64,000 nucleotides of DNA, from the NCBI GenBank assembly GCA_054600435.1, contig BAAIJX010000018.1, positions 248,001 to 312,000 on the forward strand, written 5' to 3'. Below, piece by piece: positions 48,858 to 60,391 of the stretch. Every line of letters begins with the position of its first letter. Within the stretch, counting starts at the first letter, position 1. A model generated the notes under the pieces. The model made no database searches, was not told where the DNA came from, and saw only the letters and a program-made list of their open reading frames with translations. The DNA comes from Neophaeotheca triangularis (lineage: Eukaryota). The position numbers and the translations under genes were made by a program.

Positions 48858-49205
48858 GCTAGTGGTCAGGGCGCTGACGTTTTCTGCGCGGTCGGTGTGT
48901 TGGCGTGGCTGCGTCGTCAGAGGGGCGTAACAGTGGGCTTTCGAGGCTTAGTAGAGCGCCTGGCATATGGTAGGTGATGGTGCTAGTGATCAGGTGCTGA
49001 CGTATAGTAGGCAGTTGGCGTATACTTTGTAAGAGAGGCGTAACCATTAGCTCTTGAAGCTCAGCAAAGCTGGTTTCATTTGCTAGGTCATGGCGCTAGC
49101 GGTCAGGCGCTGATCAATTGGCATACTGGCGTGGCTGCGTTGTTGGAGAGATGTAACAGTGGACCACCAAGGCTCAGCAAAGCTGCAGGCATTGAATAAG
49201 TGACG
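48858..49205. repeat. Three degenerate tandem copies of a ~120-bp unit
   Basis: GCTAGYGRTCAGG(G)YGCTGA starts at 48858, 48982 and 49095, with colinear downstream blocks. Confidence 0.85.
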
Positions 49206-49352
49206 TGCGCAATAATGTAGCATTGACCAAGAATGGGGTATCTCTATAAGCCACGAAGTATCCTACAAATGACTACTATGAGTCAGCAAACTCTTACAAA
49301 CACATACTCATACAAACTCCCCCAAATCTCAACATACCACTATAGCCACTAA

Positions 49353-51128
49353 TCAATCCTGATTCATATGACTAGGCAAATTGTAATCCTTATAATCCAT
49401 GTGCACAAAGGCGCGATCGACCTCGGGCACCGACTCAAGCACATACTGCAAACTCTCGCCTAAATCGTGACTATCCCTCAAACTCGTGCCCTCGTCAAGC
49501 ACGAGATCAACCTCGACGTTTAGCTTGTCGCCCGAGTGATAAGCCTGTAAGCCCTGGATCTTACGGATTGTGTGCGCGAACCGCATAGTCAGGTAGAGGA
49601 GCACGTTGCGCTGGTCGGCGGTGGCGGCGGCACCGGTGAGGTTCTTGATGTGGCTGGAGGAGGTCGATGCCCAGGAGAAGATGACGTAGAGGGATAGGAG
49701 GACGCCGCCTAGCGGGTCGAGCCACCAGATGGAGAAGTAGTAGCCCAGGAGGGGGAAGATGATGGAAAAGGTGTTGAAGACGATGTCGGTGATGGCGTCC
49801 TGGGCGAGAGCTTGCACGGAGGAGTTGGGGATGAGGCGGCAGTAGAGCCAGCAGAGGAATTTGACGCCGACTGTTGCGGCCATGATGACGATGGCTGGGA
49901 TGGTGAGAGAAACAATGCTGTGGTCGGGGCTGCTGAGCTTATTGAGACCTTCTAGGGCAACTTGCACAAAGGAGACGATCATGATGACGGAGAAGACTAG
50001 GACGCCGATGGGTTCGAGGCGTCGGCGGCCCACGGGGTAGCGGTAGGTGTCTTTACGTTTTATCAAGAAGGTCGTCGTCCAGATGATTGCGGTTGAGAGG
50101 AAGTCTAGGGCTGCGTCGACGAGGGAGGCGAGGACGGATACGGAGTCTGTGAGGATGGCGACGGCGATTTTCATGATCAAGAGGCACGCGTTGGCGACGA
50201 AGTTGATGTAGATGGCGATCGTGACCACGCGAGAACCGGAGTCGGCCTCGTCTTCAAACTCGAGGTCGGGAGGCATCACTTCTTCAGGGTCTTCGCCATC
50301 CTCAGGACTCTGAGCACGCAGTAGGGGAGTAGACTCGGCACTGGTATGGCGGAAAATGTCTTTCGGCGTGCGCTTCACCCTAGTCGTCGTAACGAGCTCG
50401 CCGTTGGGCAGCATGGCCTCCAAGTCTCCATTCGGCGTACCTGCACCACCTGTCCCCGCTCCATTATCTCGATAACTGCTCGCCATAGAGCTGGGCTCTT
50501 CAGCGATCGTTGGCGGCACGATCGGCGCAGGTTGGGTGGTCCCATAGCCATTCCCCATGAACGACGAAGGCGGGGGCTGATCGTATTCTTGCATCAACTG
50601 ATGCGGCAGGGTGGAGTCCAGCAGCCGATCAATATACGTGTACTGCTGAATCAAATAATTGTTCCTCTCGTAGTACGCCCGCAACTTCTTCGGCATCTTG
50701 TTCAGCTGAGACTCCGTCTTCCAATACTGTCCCCAGTGATAGCGGGGATTCGAGTTCCCAATCAACCGCTGGCTGCGCATCTCCGGCGTCATGAGGATGC
50801 TCATACGTCGGCGTTCGTCTTCGCTGAGCAGCGACTGCGCTTCGAGGTCGTGGCCAATGGCACTGAGGTTAGGGTGTTCCCCGTCGCTGCTGGTTGTGCG
50901 GTGGAGATCGGACGAGCCGAAAGAGCTGCGCCGTCGGGTGTGTAGGTTTGGAGAAGCATACTTCCGCGCATCGTGGACGTTGCCGCTTGACTGAGACTGG
51001 ATAAGGGCCGGAAGATGTTGTCCGCGGGTGGAAAAGTTGGTGTCTTCGGAGAGGGGGAGGAAGCCGGCGGGACGTCCGATGCGAAAATGGCGGGCTTGTT
51101 CTGCAGACTGGGAGTTTGGAGTCGTCAT
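49353..51128 (-). CDS. Cation diffusion facilitator (Mn-CDF/MTP-like) transporter
   Basis: SVLASLVDAALDFLS, YPVGRRRLEPIG, AQDAITD, SHDLGESLQ and VDRAFVHMDY motifs. Confidence 0.93.
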   Translation of the reverse strand: MTTPNSQSAEQARHFRIGRPAGFLPLSEDTNFSTRGQHLPALIQSQSSGNVHDARKYASPNLHTRRRSSFGSSDLHRTTSSDGEHPNLSAIGHDLEAQSLLSEDERRRMSILMTPEMRSQRLIGNSNPRYHWGQYWKTESQLNKMPKKLRAYYERNNYLIQQYTYIDRLLDSTLPHQLMQEYDQPPPSSFMGNGYGTTQPAPIVPPTIAEEPSSMASSYRDNGAGTGGAGTPNGDLEAMLPNGELVTTTRVKRTPKDIFRHTSAESTPLLRAQSPEDGEDPEEVMPPDLEFEDEADSGSRVVTIAIYINFVANACLLIMKIAVAILTDSVSVLASLVDAALDFLSTAIIWTTTFLIKRKDTYRYPVGRRRLEPIGVLVFSVIMIVSFVQVALEGLNKLSSPDHSIVSLTIPAIVIMAATVGVKFLCWLYCRLIPNSSVQALAQDAITDIVFNTFSIIFPLLGYYFSIWWLDPLGGVLLSLYVIFSWASTSSSHIKNLTGAAATADQRNVLLYLTMRFAHTIRKIQGLQAYHSGDKLNVEVDLVLDEGTSLRDSHDLGESLQYVLESVPEVDRAFVHMDYKDYNLPSHMNQD

Positions 51129-51567
51129 GATGGGGCCCGTTGATACAAGTTTTCAGTCGCGTACTGTCATTTTGAAGATTCTATCGCGTGGACATGTTAG
51201 ATCGACAATGGAAGTGTTGAGCAAAGCAAGGTTGGTAGACACGTCGGTAAATGAGAATTGCTCTTTATGGTTAGCGCCTCCAACAATCTGCGCTTCCCCA
51301 GACATAATGGATGCAATTAAGCTTATTCACGTGCTTATCTTATGGTGACGGAGGTCGCGCTGGCACGTGCGTGGGCATGCGAAAGACGAGCTGCCGTACC
51401 TAATGTAGGAAAGGGAAGGGATGAAATCGGGAACGTTATTAGAGGCAATGAGTTTTGCCAGATCAGCGACCAATAGCCACTGCCTGCGTCCTAGTCCTGC
51501 AACAACGAGCGAAATGGAAGACCCCTGATGATCAGCGCATCTCTCCACAACTTACTGCTCACCACCT

Positions 51568-52820
51568 TCAATCTTTCACCTCGCCAGCCTCAGTCTTCCC
51601 AGCACCACCACCATCCGCCTTTTGGGCATCTCTCGCAGCTTGCTTAGCCTCCCTCTTCTTCCTACTCTCCTCTTGGACAACCTTAAACTTCTCCGCACAC
51701 TCATCCACCAACCCCTTCTGATCCCCATGCATGGCCTGAATAGCAGCCCAAGCCCCGGCCTCGGCTTTGTTTTTCCCTTCACCCTTTCCCAGTAGCTCTC
51801 CCTCATAGCCCCAACCATGCAGATACAGCGCGATAAAGTGCAAATTCTGGCCAATCTGATCCCCTTTCAGTTCCACACTCGGCTTATCAACCCTATACTC
51901 AAGTCGCACACCCGGCCCCATGATGCGCTTCTGCAGCGTCGCCTTCGCTTCGGGATCGTAGCTCTTAGTAAGATCCCCACTTGCGTCGCCGGCAATATGC
52001 TCAGCACCGTACCCAGCCTCAACAAGCTTGCTCGCCCAGAGCGCCGTCATCCACTTCTCCGCGACCGAGAAGCCCTCTTCCGCATCCGCGAGCACGACTG
52101 CAGCGAGGTATGCTTCAAACACATCGCCGAGCACCTTGTTCATGCCTTTGTTGCCCCGCTCCTTTTCGCTGTCTTTGCCTTTGACACCGGCCAGCATAGA
52201 CTCCTTGTCACTGACCTCCAGTCTCTCCTCGAAGCCATACATTCTCGCATAACCTGCCAGTGTCTCGTTCTTGACCAGCAGTTCCCGAAGTTGCGACATC
52301 TGGCCTGCTGGCAGGTGCGGGTAGCGGTGGAAGATGAGTCGGGTCGCGAGAACCTCAAGATAAGCGTCTCCATAGTATTCCAGCTTTTCGTAGGTCAGAT
52401 CGGAAGAGTCGGACTTGTTCGACGTTGAGCGAGAGTAGTTGATGGTGGACTTGTGCCTAAAGGGCGCGGCTTCGAGTGGGTTACCTTCTGGGATCAGAGG
52501 AAGAGGTGGTGCGCCCGTGGGAGCGGTGAAGTTGACAAAGTTCGGGATGGCGCCTGCAGATCCTGTAGAAGGAGGGAGCTTAGCGACAGCGTTTACATCG
52601 ATCCTAGGTAGAGACTGGCTGGTGAGGGGTGAGCTTCAATTTCTGATTCTTGTTCAAAACGCACAGGGCCTAGTGGTTTCTCTGTAGCTTACTGTTGCCC
52701 GCCTCCACCTGAACGGCTATCACGGCTGCCAGAATGTTGTCTCGCGCTGCCGACACTTTGCTTGCGATATTTATGAGGTTGATAATGGGAGCCGTTGGGT
52801 TCAGGCCCTCGCTTCGACAT
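51568..52820 (-). CDS. Ribonuclease III domain protein with C-terminal dsRBD-like region; intron 52604-52692
   Basis: YEKLEYYGDAYL signature, LVKNETLA, LGDVFEAYL and GEGKNKAEAG motifs; splicing keeps the frame. Confidence 0.88.
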
Positions 52821-53128
52821 TGCGGATGGATTCAGTAGAAATTTCGTAGCATAGGCCCTAATTCAAGCTCTCCTCTACGCCGTAAAGAATGTGTACGTCG
52901 GCGAGATGAGCACGCACTAGGATGTGGTGAGAGGAAATGAAGATAGAAGAGAAGAAGGAATGCTGCCCTCGAAGTCGGAACAGCGAGAGCTCGAGTGCGG
53001 AAGCCATTCCGAGCGGACTTCCGGCCGGCTTGGCAATATCTCCAGCCGACCTACCTCATCGCAACATCTCGCGGAGAGCTTCACCACTCCAGCCGCATAC
53101 CCTGACAATCGCGGCTCGCACTTCAAAA

Positions 53129-53507
53129 ATGGCAGTCCCACGCTCCCGAATACTAGACCTCGTGAAGGCACGCAACACTCCCCAACCCACGCTCTGCCCC
53201 AAAACTAACCCCCTCCTCCCAGACTCAATGCCAAATCTTCTCCACCATCTTCAACCCAACCGGTCAACGCCTCGGAAACAAGATCTTGCGACAAAGGCTT
53301 CGCGGCCCAGCTCTTGCAGCTTACTACCCGCGACGCGTGGCCGAGTACAAGGACCTCAAGCGACTCTATCCCGGCTACGAGACTTATGACGATGATGAGG
53401 AGGACCGGTTAGAGGGGATTCAGATTGCGAAGAGTAGGGGCAAGGGCGCGCCCAAGAAGAAGAGAACGGCTGCGGAGAGTAAGAAGAATAAGTCGAAGAA
53501 GAGGTAG
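53129..53507 (+). CDS. RSM27: Mitochondrial small-subunit ribosomal protein S27/mS33; GC-AG intron 53168-53222
   Basis: MAVPRSRILDLVK|TQCQIFSTIFNPTGQRLGNKILRQRLRGP...YYP...RGKGAPKK. Confidence 0.92.
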
Positions 53508-54311
53508 AGTGGTGGCTGTGGGATGAGCATTCATGGCGTCTTTTTTTTTTTTTTGGAGGGGGTTGGTTGGCATTTGCGTGGAGTTTGGGGTGTGCTTGTG
53601 CAGTGCTCGCGGAAGAGCCGAAGTGTCGTACGGCTGATTCGGAGGACAACGCTCGATCTCTAGAGAGGGCGTCGTTTGTATATTTATCAAGTGTACAGTA
53701 GGCTGGCTTGTGGCTGGCCGCATTACCTGCCACTCAGTTTGCCCAACATTCGAACAACACTGCAGGAGGACGTCACGCTACTGGTGCTATGCGCTGAGAA
53801 CGTTGAAGCTTTGCGGTTGCCTCAAGCACAGACTGGGGCTCCACTTACGTTCAAGGTAGATCGTGAGCGGTAGTAAATCAAAGTTCTGAGACAGTCTTCT
53901 TGAAAAGCCTCCAGTGAAGATCGCATAGCGTCACGGCCAGGTGTATACGCTTTCATTTGAAACGGTTCGTTAAGAGGTGCACTTGGTTGCACTCTAGTGC
54001 TCTCGGATCGCGCATCGAGGCATAGATGCTTCTGCAACTGCTTCTTGGTAGACTTCGTGAACGCTTGGTGCCGCAATTAATACGACGCTGGTAGGGGATG
54101 CGACAGAGCAGTCCCTCGCACGATGTCCTGAGTGGAAAAGCTCTAGCGTGCCTCACCTTATCGTGCTCTGGTGTCAGGATAAGACACTCTCGTAGTATAT
54201 ACCTGGACATTGCGTCGTGGGGGCTCCTCCAGTTGAAACAATATATACAATAATTGCAGAAAGATTTGTAAGCTTTGGCTCCAAACTTCGGTGACCGGAT
54301 TGAAAAAACAC

Positions 54312-54407
54312 GAGGTAGTTGGGAGGGGTCGGGGTTAAGCCGTCAAACGCTTCCTCATGGTTAGCTGCCTCAAGTTTCGGCGTGAGTTCGATCCCTCGCG
54401 CCGTCTC
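54312..54407 (+). ncRNA. Candidate structured, tRNA-like/Pol III element (not a canonical tRNA)
   Basis: B-box-like GAGTTCGATCC in hairpin CGGCGTGAG/CTCGCGCCG; second stem GAGGTAGTT/AGCTGCCTC. Confidence 0.3.
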
Positions 54408-55997
54408 TGGATAAGTAAAACCAGCCTAATATATCTGAATATTGGGTGCTTTAAATGGTATTTCTCCCTCAGTACTCAAGGGGAAAAGAGGGTTCTTTTT
54501 GCTCTTTTTGTGGTCAGTGAACGTGGGTGATGGAATGCCGTCCAGTGCACTGATTTCCAAATCATATCTCGAATTGTCTTCACGCGCTTCTCTGGTGGTT
54601 GTAAAAGCGCTTCGAGATGATATCTGTTCATCATGTTAACTAAATCTTTTCATCACCCCCCATGGCCTCGCCTTGAATTTGTAATTCTCTGACCTTGCGT
54701 CTCATTTGCCTGCGTCGACGGAGTACTGCAATATCTAGCGCTCGCACTACCTGCAAGCCAACGGCTGCGCGGGACACACTAAGCCAGGCCGCACATGGCA
54801 ATCAGATCCGCATGGGCTGGCGTACTTGCTCAAGTCGAATGCGAACGACCAGTCTCATCGCTCTGCGGGCAAGGGGAGCCCCCGCTGGCCTTCCCACCAG
54901 GGATGGGATGGCCTTTTGAGGAATATGCAATGGTGAAGCCGGCATGCAGCGACAGGAAGATACACCTGCTGACAAAAGAGGCATGTTGGCCAGCAGAAAT
55001 TAGTTGCCGCGTAGGGACGTGGCCATCGACGGTCATACACAGTTTGTATGACAGCACCGCGGGAGCAATCCAAATCAAATGCATGAGCACCTTGAGATCT
55101 GCTTTGCACGCGATCGAGCAGCAGAGCGTTCCCTGTCGCCGAACATCGCTCTGGGTACATCGGCACGCAAAGGTCAACTGGAATTGTGAGGCGGCAGATG
55201 TGAAGGTGTCTCCGCGACATCACCACTTGTCGAAGAATACATCTTTGATGCTTCCGAAGCATTTCCCTGCCCCAGAGCGTGGTTGACTGTAGTGGCGATC
55301 CTTGTGGCCATGTTGCGAGTCGAGGACGGTGTCCCGGGGCTGAGATGCCCGCCCGTGGCAGCATGAAGGTCCGACGATCTCGCCAATGGTGAGGTATGTT
55401 TGGCGTCTACACGGTGCCACTCCACCGAACGACCCCGACGCGTTCCATCGCGCAAGCAGCGGTATTTGGTACTTCCCCGTACGGATAATTGGGCAGAGAA
55501 GTCTGTTTCGTTCGACGTGCCTGTCTAGAGTCGACTGTCGTATGAGCAGCTCTGCTATATAGGGTTTCAAACAAGATGTTACAATGGGTGCGTACATCGA
55601 CAGTGATAATATGGATCTCTGGCAGGCGACGCCTAAGAATAGAGCCCGAGCTTACCTTTTCTACCGTTTTAGTGTCGAGGGTTAGAGTTTGGGTCACATG
55701 TGTGTTAGGGTTAGACTTTGGGTTACTGACTTTGATTGTGTTGACACCTCACACCTAACATAAACGATTGTCGCTAACAGAAATTGCGCCTAAGTCATGC
55801 GTAGGATATCCCCTAACAAAAACTCGAGGTCTAGACATAGTTTCGACATTTTTTGTTAGAGTTAGGGAGAATAAAAAAGGCAGCCGGATTTATCCGTTAG
55901 TTGTAGGTCAACTTCTAAATTCGATGTTTACGACTTATAACAATGACATCGATCTACCTATATACTGCCTTTTTTCTAACGCGATAGGTATAGGCTT

Positions 55998-56311
55998 CTA
56001 ACAAAAAGTTAAGTGTTATTGTTAGGAGTACTTCTACTAACAAAATACAGATATATTGTTAGGAGCATGCGTTGTAGTCGCGATACTAGCTAGTCATGTG
56101 AGAAAAGCTACTCTATATAACTTACCTAGCATGATAACACAGTTTTATGTATATGCCTCCTTATTTGTATAAAGGATTTATATCTAATAAAAAGTTAGGG
56201 GTTCTTATTAAGAGTACTTATACTAATAAAAAACAGGTGTTACTATTAAGGATACTTATTACTACTTAGTTATAGTACTAGCTAGTTATATGATAAGTAA
56301 ACTCTATATAG
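55998..56311. repeat. Tandem duplication with ~185-bp period at the start of the RIP block
   Basis: ctaacaaaaagtta..gagtacttctactaacaaaa..tactagctagtca..actctatata recurs at ~56183 with C>T/G>A changes. Confidence 0.75.
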
Positions 56312-56399
56312 TATACTTAACGACAACTCTAGATACCTAAGGCAAGCTACTCCTAACTCCTATACTATATCTATATACCTAATAAAAACATAACTACCT

Positions 56400-57650
56400 A
56401 ATAACAATATCGAGTTTACTTAGGTATAGCTTTCGCTTCTATTATCGCTTGACATAACCGTCTTCTATATATAGATATGCGCGACCTTACCTCAAAGAGC
56501 TTAAACAATAACCTAAGAATAATAAGGTTATATAGGAGATGTATATATGCCCTATATATGAGGTTCGACTTCACTTAGAGTAATAACAAAAACCTTACCT
56601 AGCTTCTTGTTATAAGAACTTATTTAGTTCCTAGCTCTCTTCTTCTTCCTATTTTTTCTTTAGTTCTAATAACTATAGTAGTAGTAATAGTAATAGTAAT
56701 AGTAACATTAATAGTAATAGTAGTAATAATAGTAATAGTAGTAACTATACCCTCTACTCGCTATAGTACCCCTACTATTATCGAGCGTAACGAGCGCTAG
56801 ACATTAGCCCTTATGGCTAACATTACCTATAGTGCCTTACGCTAGGGTCGTAGCGCTAAGCGCTAAATGCGGTATGAACTTTAGCTATAAGTGCTTCCTA
56901 TTTCCTACTAGATTAATGTTATAAGCATAATCTACTAGATAACAAAAACATGAGGAGAAGACTAACTTTATGTTAGTAGCGCTCGCGCCTCTACTACTAC
57001 TACCGTCGACCTTATTAGTAGTTAGCTAGCTAGTCTCGCGTTACCTAGGGTTAGCGCCCCTACGGCCGTCTTACCTTCTACTACTAGGTCTCCTATATCT
57101 ATACTAGCTTCTACTTCTAGGGGTAGCTCCCCCTTAGTCTCTCGCTCTCTATCGCTAGCCTACTCCCTATCGTCTAGTTTCGCCTCTAGGGGTAGAGACG
57201 ACTAGTCTCTCCCCCCTTCTCCTTCTCCTAGCTAGGTATCCCCCTCCCCTTACTAGCATCTTAGTATATACTTCCTCTATAGCGCCCTCCCCCTATATAC
57301 CTAGCGCCTTTATAGCGCCACTACGCGACCTATTCGTAGCTAGCGCTACTAGTCTCTTCTAGACTCTAGCGCCTATAGGTTCGCCTATAGTCTCTATATC
57401 TACCCCTACTCCTATTACTACTACTAGTCCCTTAAGGACCCTAACTCCTACTATATACTATATCCCTAGCTACCCCCTAAGCTCGACCTTCGTCGAGCGC
57501 TATCCTACTATAGGTAGGGTAGGTTCCTTCTATTATGCGTTTACCCCTACATAATAGACCGGTAAGTTTAATTCCTTAATAGTATTTAAAATTAGGATGT
57601 TTAGACTAACTTATTTACTAGGTATAACTACTAAAAACCGCTACTAATTC
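56400..57650 (+). pseudogene. RIP-decayed spliced low-complexity gene or TE ORF
   Basis: TpA-rich sequence with many TAG/TAA; intact intron signals GTAAGT(57562)..GACTAAC..TAG(57621); (AGTAAT)n tract at ~56680-56745. Confidence 0.4.
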
Positions 57651-57729
57651 ACGTATATTAGCCGTATCTAGGAGGACACTACGGTGTCCACTCCGCGCGC
57701 TCCGGCGTACTCTTACTATCGCGGTAAGG

Positions 57730-58148
57730 TGTTACGGCTAAGCTAAGTAGAGCTAGAATCCCTAGTCTAAGCTAGGGTCTAACCCTAAAGCTTACTAGAT
57801 ACATGATCTTAGAACTAGCTAAGATGTTCGCTTAGACTTTAACTAAGTATACTCGCTTAGACTTAGACTAAGTCTAAGCTAGGACACTTAGGATTAGTCT
57901 AATCCTAAGCATAATAGATTAGTTAAGGACTAATCTAACATAAATCTCCTATATATATAGCTAGCGATATTTCCTAGGTAGAGATTTATATTCAACTTAT
58001 GTTATAATCTTACTAAAAGGTTTATAGTAATACTTCACATATCTTTAAAATCCTTATAATAAAGGAAATACCCTTACTAGCCTTCTTTAATATCTCTCCT
58101 CTTCTACTATAAGCTCTACCTATAAGACTACCTTATAGGATTGTAATA
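57730..58148 (+). repeat. 5' LTR (419 bp), heavily RIP-mutated
   Basis: Starts TGTTACGG and ends TTGTAATA (RIP form of TCGCAACA); 3' half aligns with 60640-60848. Confidence 0.9.
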
Positions 58149-60391
58149 CTTTAAACACCCTCTAAGAAAGAGAGATTAATAGACAAGTATGTCCCTATCC
58201 GATAACCAAGATGTAAGCATCGCTAGTACTTAACGAGAAGTATTAACTATAACAACTAATAAGGTTACTAAACCGGACTACTTCTATAGTGAACATAATA
58301 AGCTAGATAACTAGGTTAATTAGATGATGATGTTCTTTCTTATAGAGAGTGTTAGTAAGTAGAAGTAATCTCTTACTACTACTTCTTTCCTTCGAGGAGA
58401 AGCTAAACACTAGATCTGCCTTAAGCTTATAGATTTCCTTATAGAACGAATTGACCCTAAAGGACTATTCTCGAACTAGAAGTCTTTCATTAAAGTCATC
58501 TATAATGTTTATAGATTAAGTAACAATCGACAAGTTACTATCTAAATGATTTAGTACCTTATATAGAAAATATCTACCTCTTAGTATACTACTAAGTTTT
58601 AGGAGTACTTAGCTAAGACTAACTAGGACGATAACGCTCTTATAACTATGTACTATTAAGGACTTAAGGATAACATAAAGGACGAACTTATATGCTATAG
58701 AGGCGATTAGTCAACTCTCCCTAGAATGATCAAATTAGCGATCGAAGTTAATAATATGCTCTATAAATAGTTTATAGAAAAACGCTATACTAGACAATTT
58801 CGCGGACGAACTAGCTATACTACTAGTAGCTAGCCTATTAGTTAGTAACATCGCAATCCTAATACGATAGAACTTGACTCTATGTAATAGCATCCTAGGA
58901 AGGGTAGGGATAGAGGATAGAGTAAATAGAACGCCCTAGGCAAGAAACGGAATAGACCGGAATACTATAACTACTATAAGATAGGGCACTATATATAAGA
59001 CTACTATAGGAAATAGATATGCCTACGATAGGAGGTTAATACGATTTTAACCTAATAGGATAACGACTCTCCTACTAATAAGAGCTATAGAGCTTACGAC
59101 ATTACTAGAACTTATGAAGAACTAGACTATGACGAACTTTACTAGAGGTTTTGTAAGAGGGATTACTATTTAGTACATAAAAGTTAGGGACTAGTAACTA
59201 ACAGAATACCTATTAGACCTCGGAAGGAAGTGAATATTATCGAACGAGTTACTCTAAAGTCCGGAACGGACGCGCTAATCGAGTAATACTAGAAGCTTAG
59301 GGAGTTTCACGATAACTTAGTTAGTTATAAGGAGTAGACTAAAGAACACTTTAACCTTATGATCTAAGTAGCTAATTAGATAGTAGATCTTAACGACAGG
59401 ATTAAGGCCATAATAGATAAGGAATCTGAGTAACTATATAAGCCTTAGAAGGAACTTAACATAATGTTAAGACGCTAACTATTATAGTAGTTAAGGGACG
59501 ATAGCAATATAGCCCAAGGAAGGTCCCTACCTCTATTTATATAGGAGGACGATAAACTATAAGAAAACTAAGCACTATTACTAATAATAGTACTACTAAC
59601 ACCCGACTTAGATAACGAAGAAATATCTTAGACACTAGAACTTACTATAATTATACTAATACTAGAGATTAGCCTCTTAAGACTATCGATATCTCTAGAG
59701 ATTCTAGAATTATAAGAAGATATAATAGTAATGGATTCTAAAGATGACTCCGAATACGATTATACTGACGATAACGAACTAGACGATAATGACATAGTAG
59801 AGTTTATTATGTATAGACTAGGTCTAATCAAGAAAATGGTCATTTACATCATATAGTTATATGAAGAAGTGTTCCTAGTAATCTAAGGTAAACGACGCTT
59901 AGAACCTAATCAATTCGAAGCTATACTTATATAACTATAAGTAATGTTCTAGGACTACTAAAAGGTCGCTATTAAGTATAACGCTACTACCTTTATCTAG
60001 GATAGGCTACTAATAGGAAGTACTTTCTATAGAGAAAATAGCTATATTACGCTAGATAGGATATGAATCCTATACACAATAAGATAATGAGTTAAGATAG
60101 TTAAGAATCATTATAGAGAATTCTAGCTCATCTAGGAGTAATAGAGAGAAGAAGAAATCACGCTTTAAGAAATGAAGAAATAAGTATAGGATTCCTTAGA
60201 CTAATAGATAATAGTACTATATAAAAAATTTCTACTACTAGTCGACTAAAAGATGATTCTTAGACACATTAAAGTAACTACATAAGGACCTATTACTATA
60301 CACATAATCTAAGGAAAAGTTACGATTAGACCTTAGGACGGACCCCTTTACTAAGAAGTCTCTCTCGAGATAGCGGATTTATCTACCTACT

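Noticed and set aside
54312..54407. Canonical tRNA gene
   Set aside because: T-loop is 8 nt, the D-arm is short and there is no clean anticodon arm; kept only as a tRNA-like candidate.
55676..55726. Telomerase RNA template (CTAACCCTAAC on the minus strand) or interstitial telomere
   Set aside because: The match lies within a short local duplication (AGGGTTAGASTTTGGGTYAC twice) at the RIP edge. No same-strand pseudoknot or CR4/5 could be identified, and the ATAAGT at 54410 is on the opposite strand.
57667..57694. Helitron 3' terminus (hairpin plus CTAG on the minus strand)
   Set aside because: CTAG is only 2 nt from the hairpin and is not followed by T; CTAG is also very common in RIP-mutated DNA.
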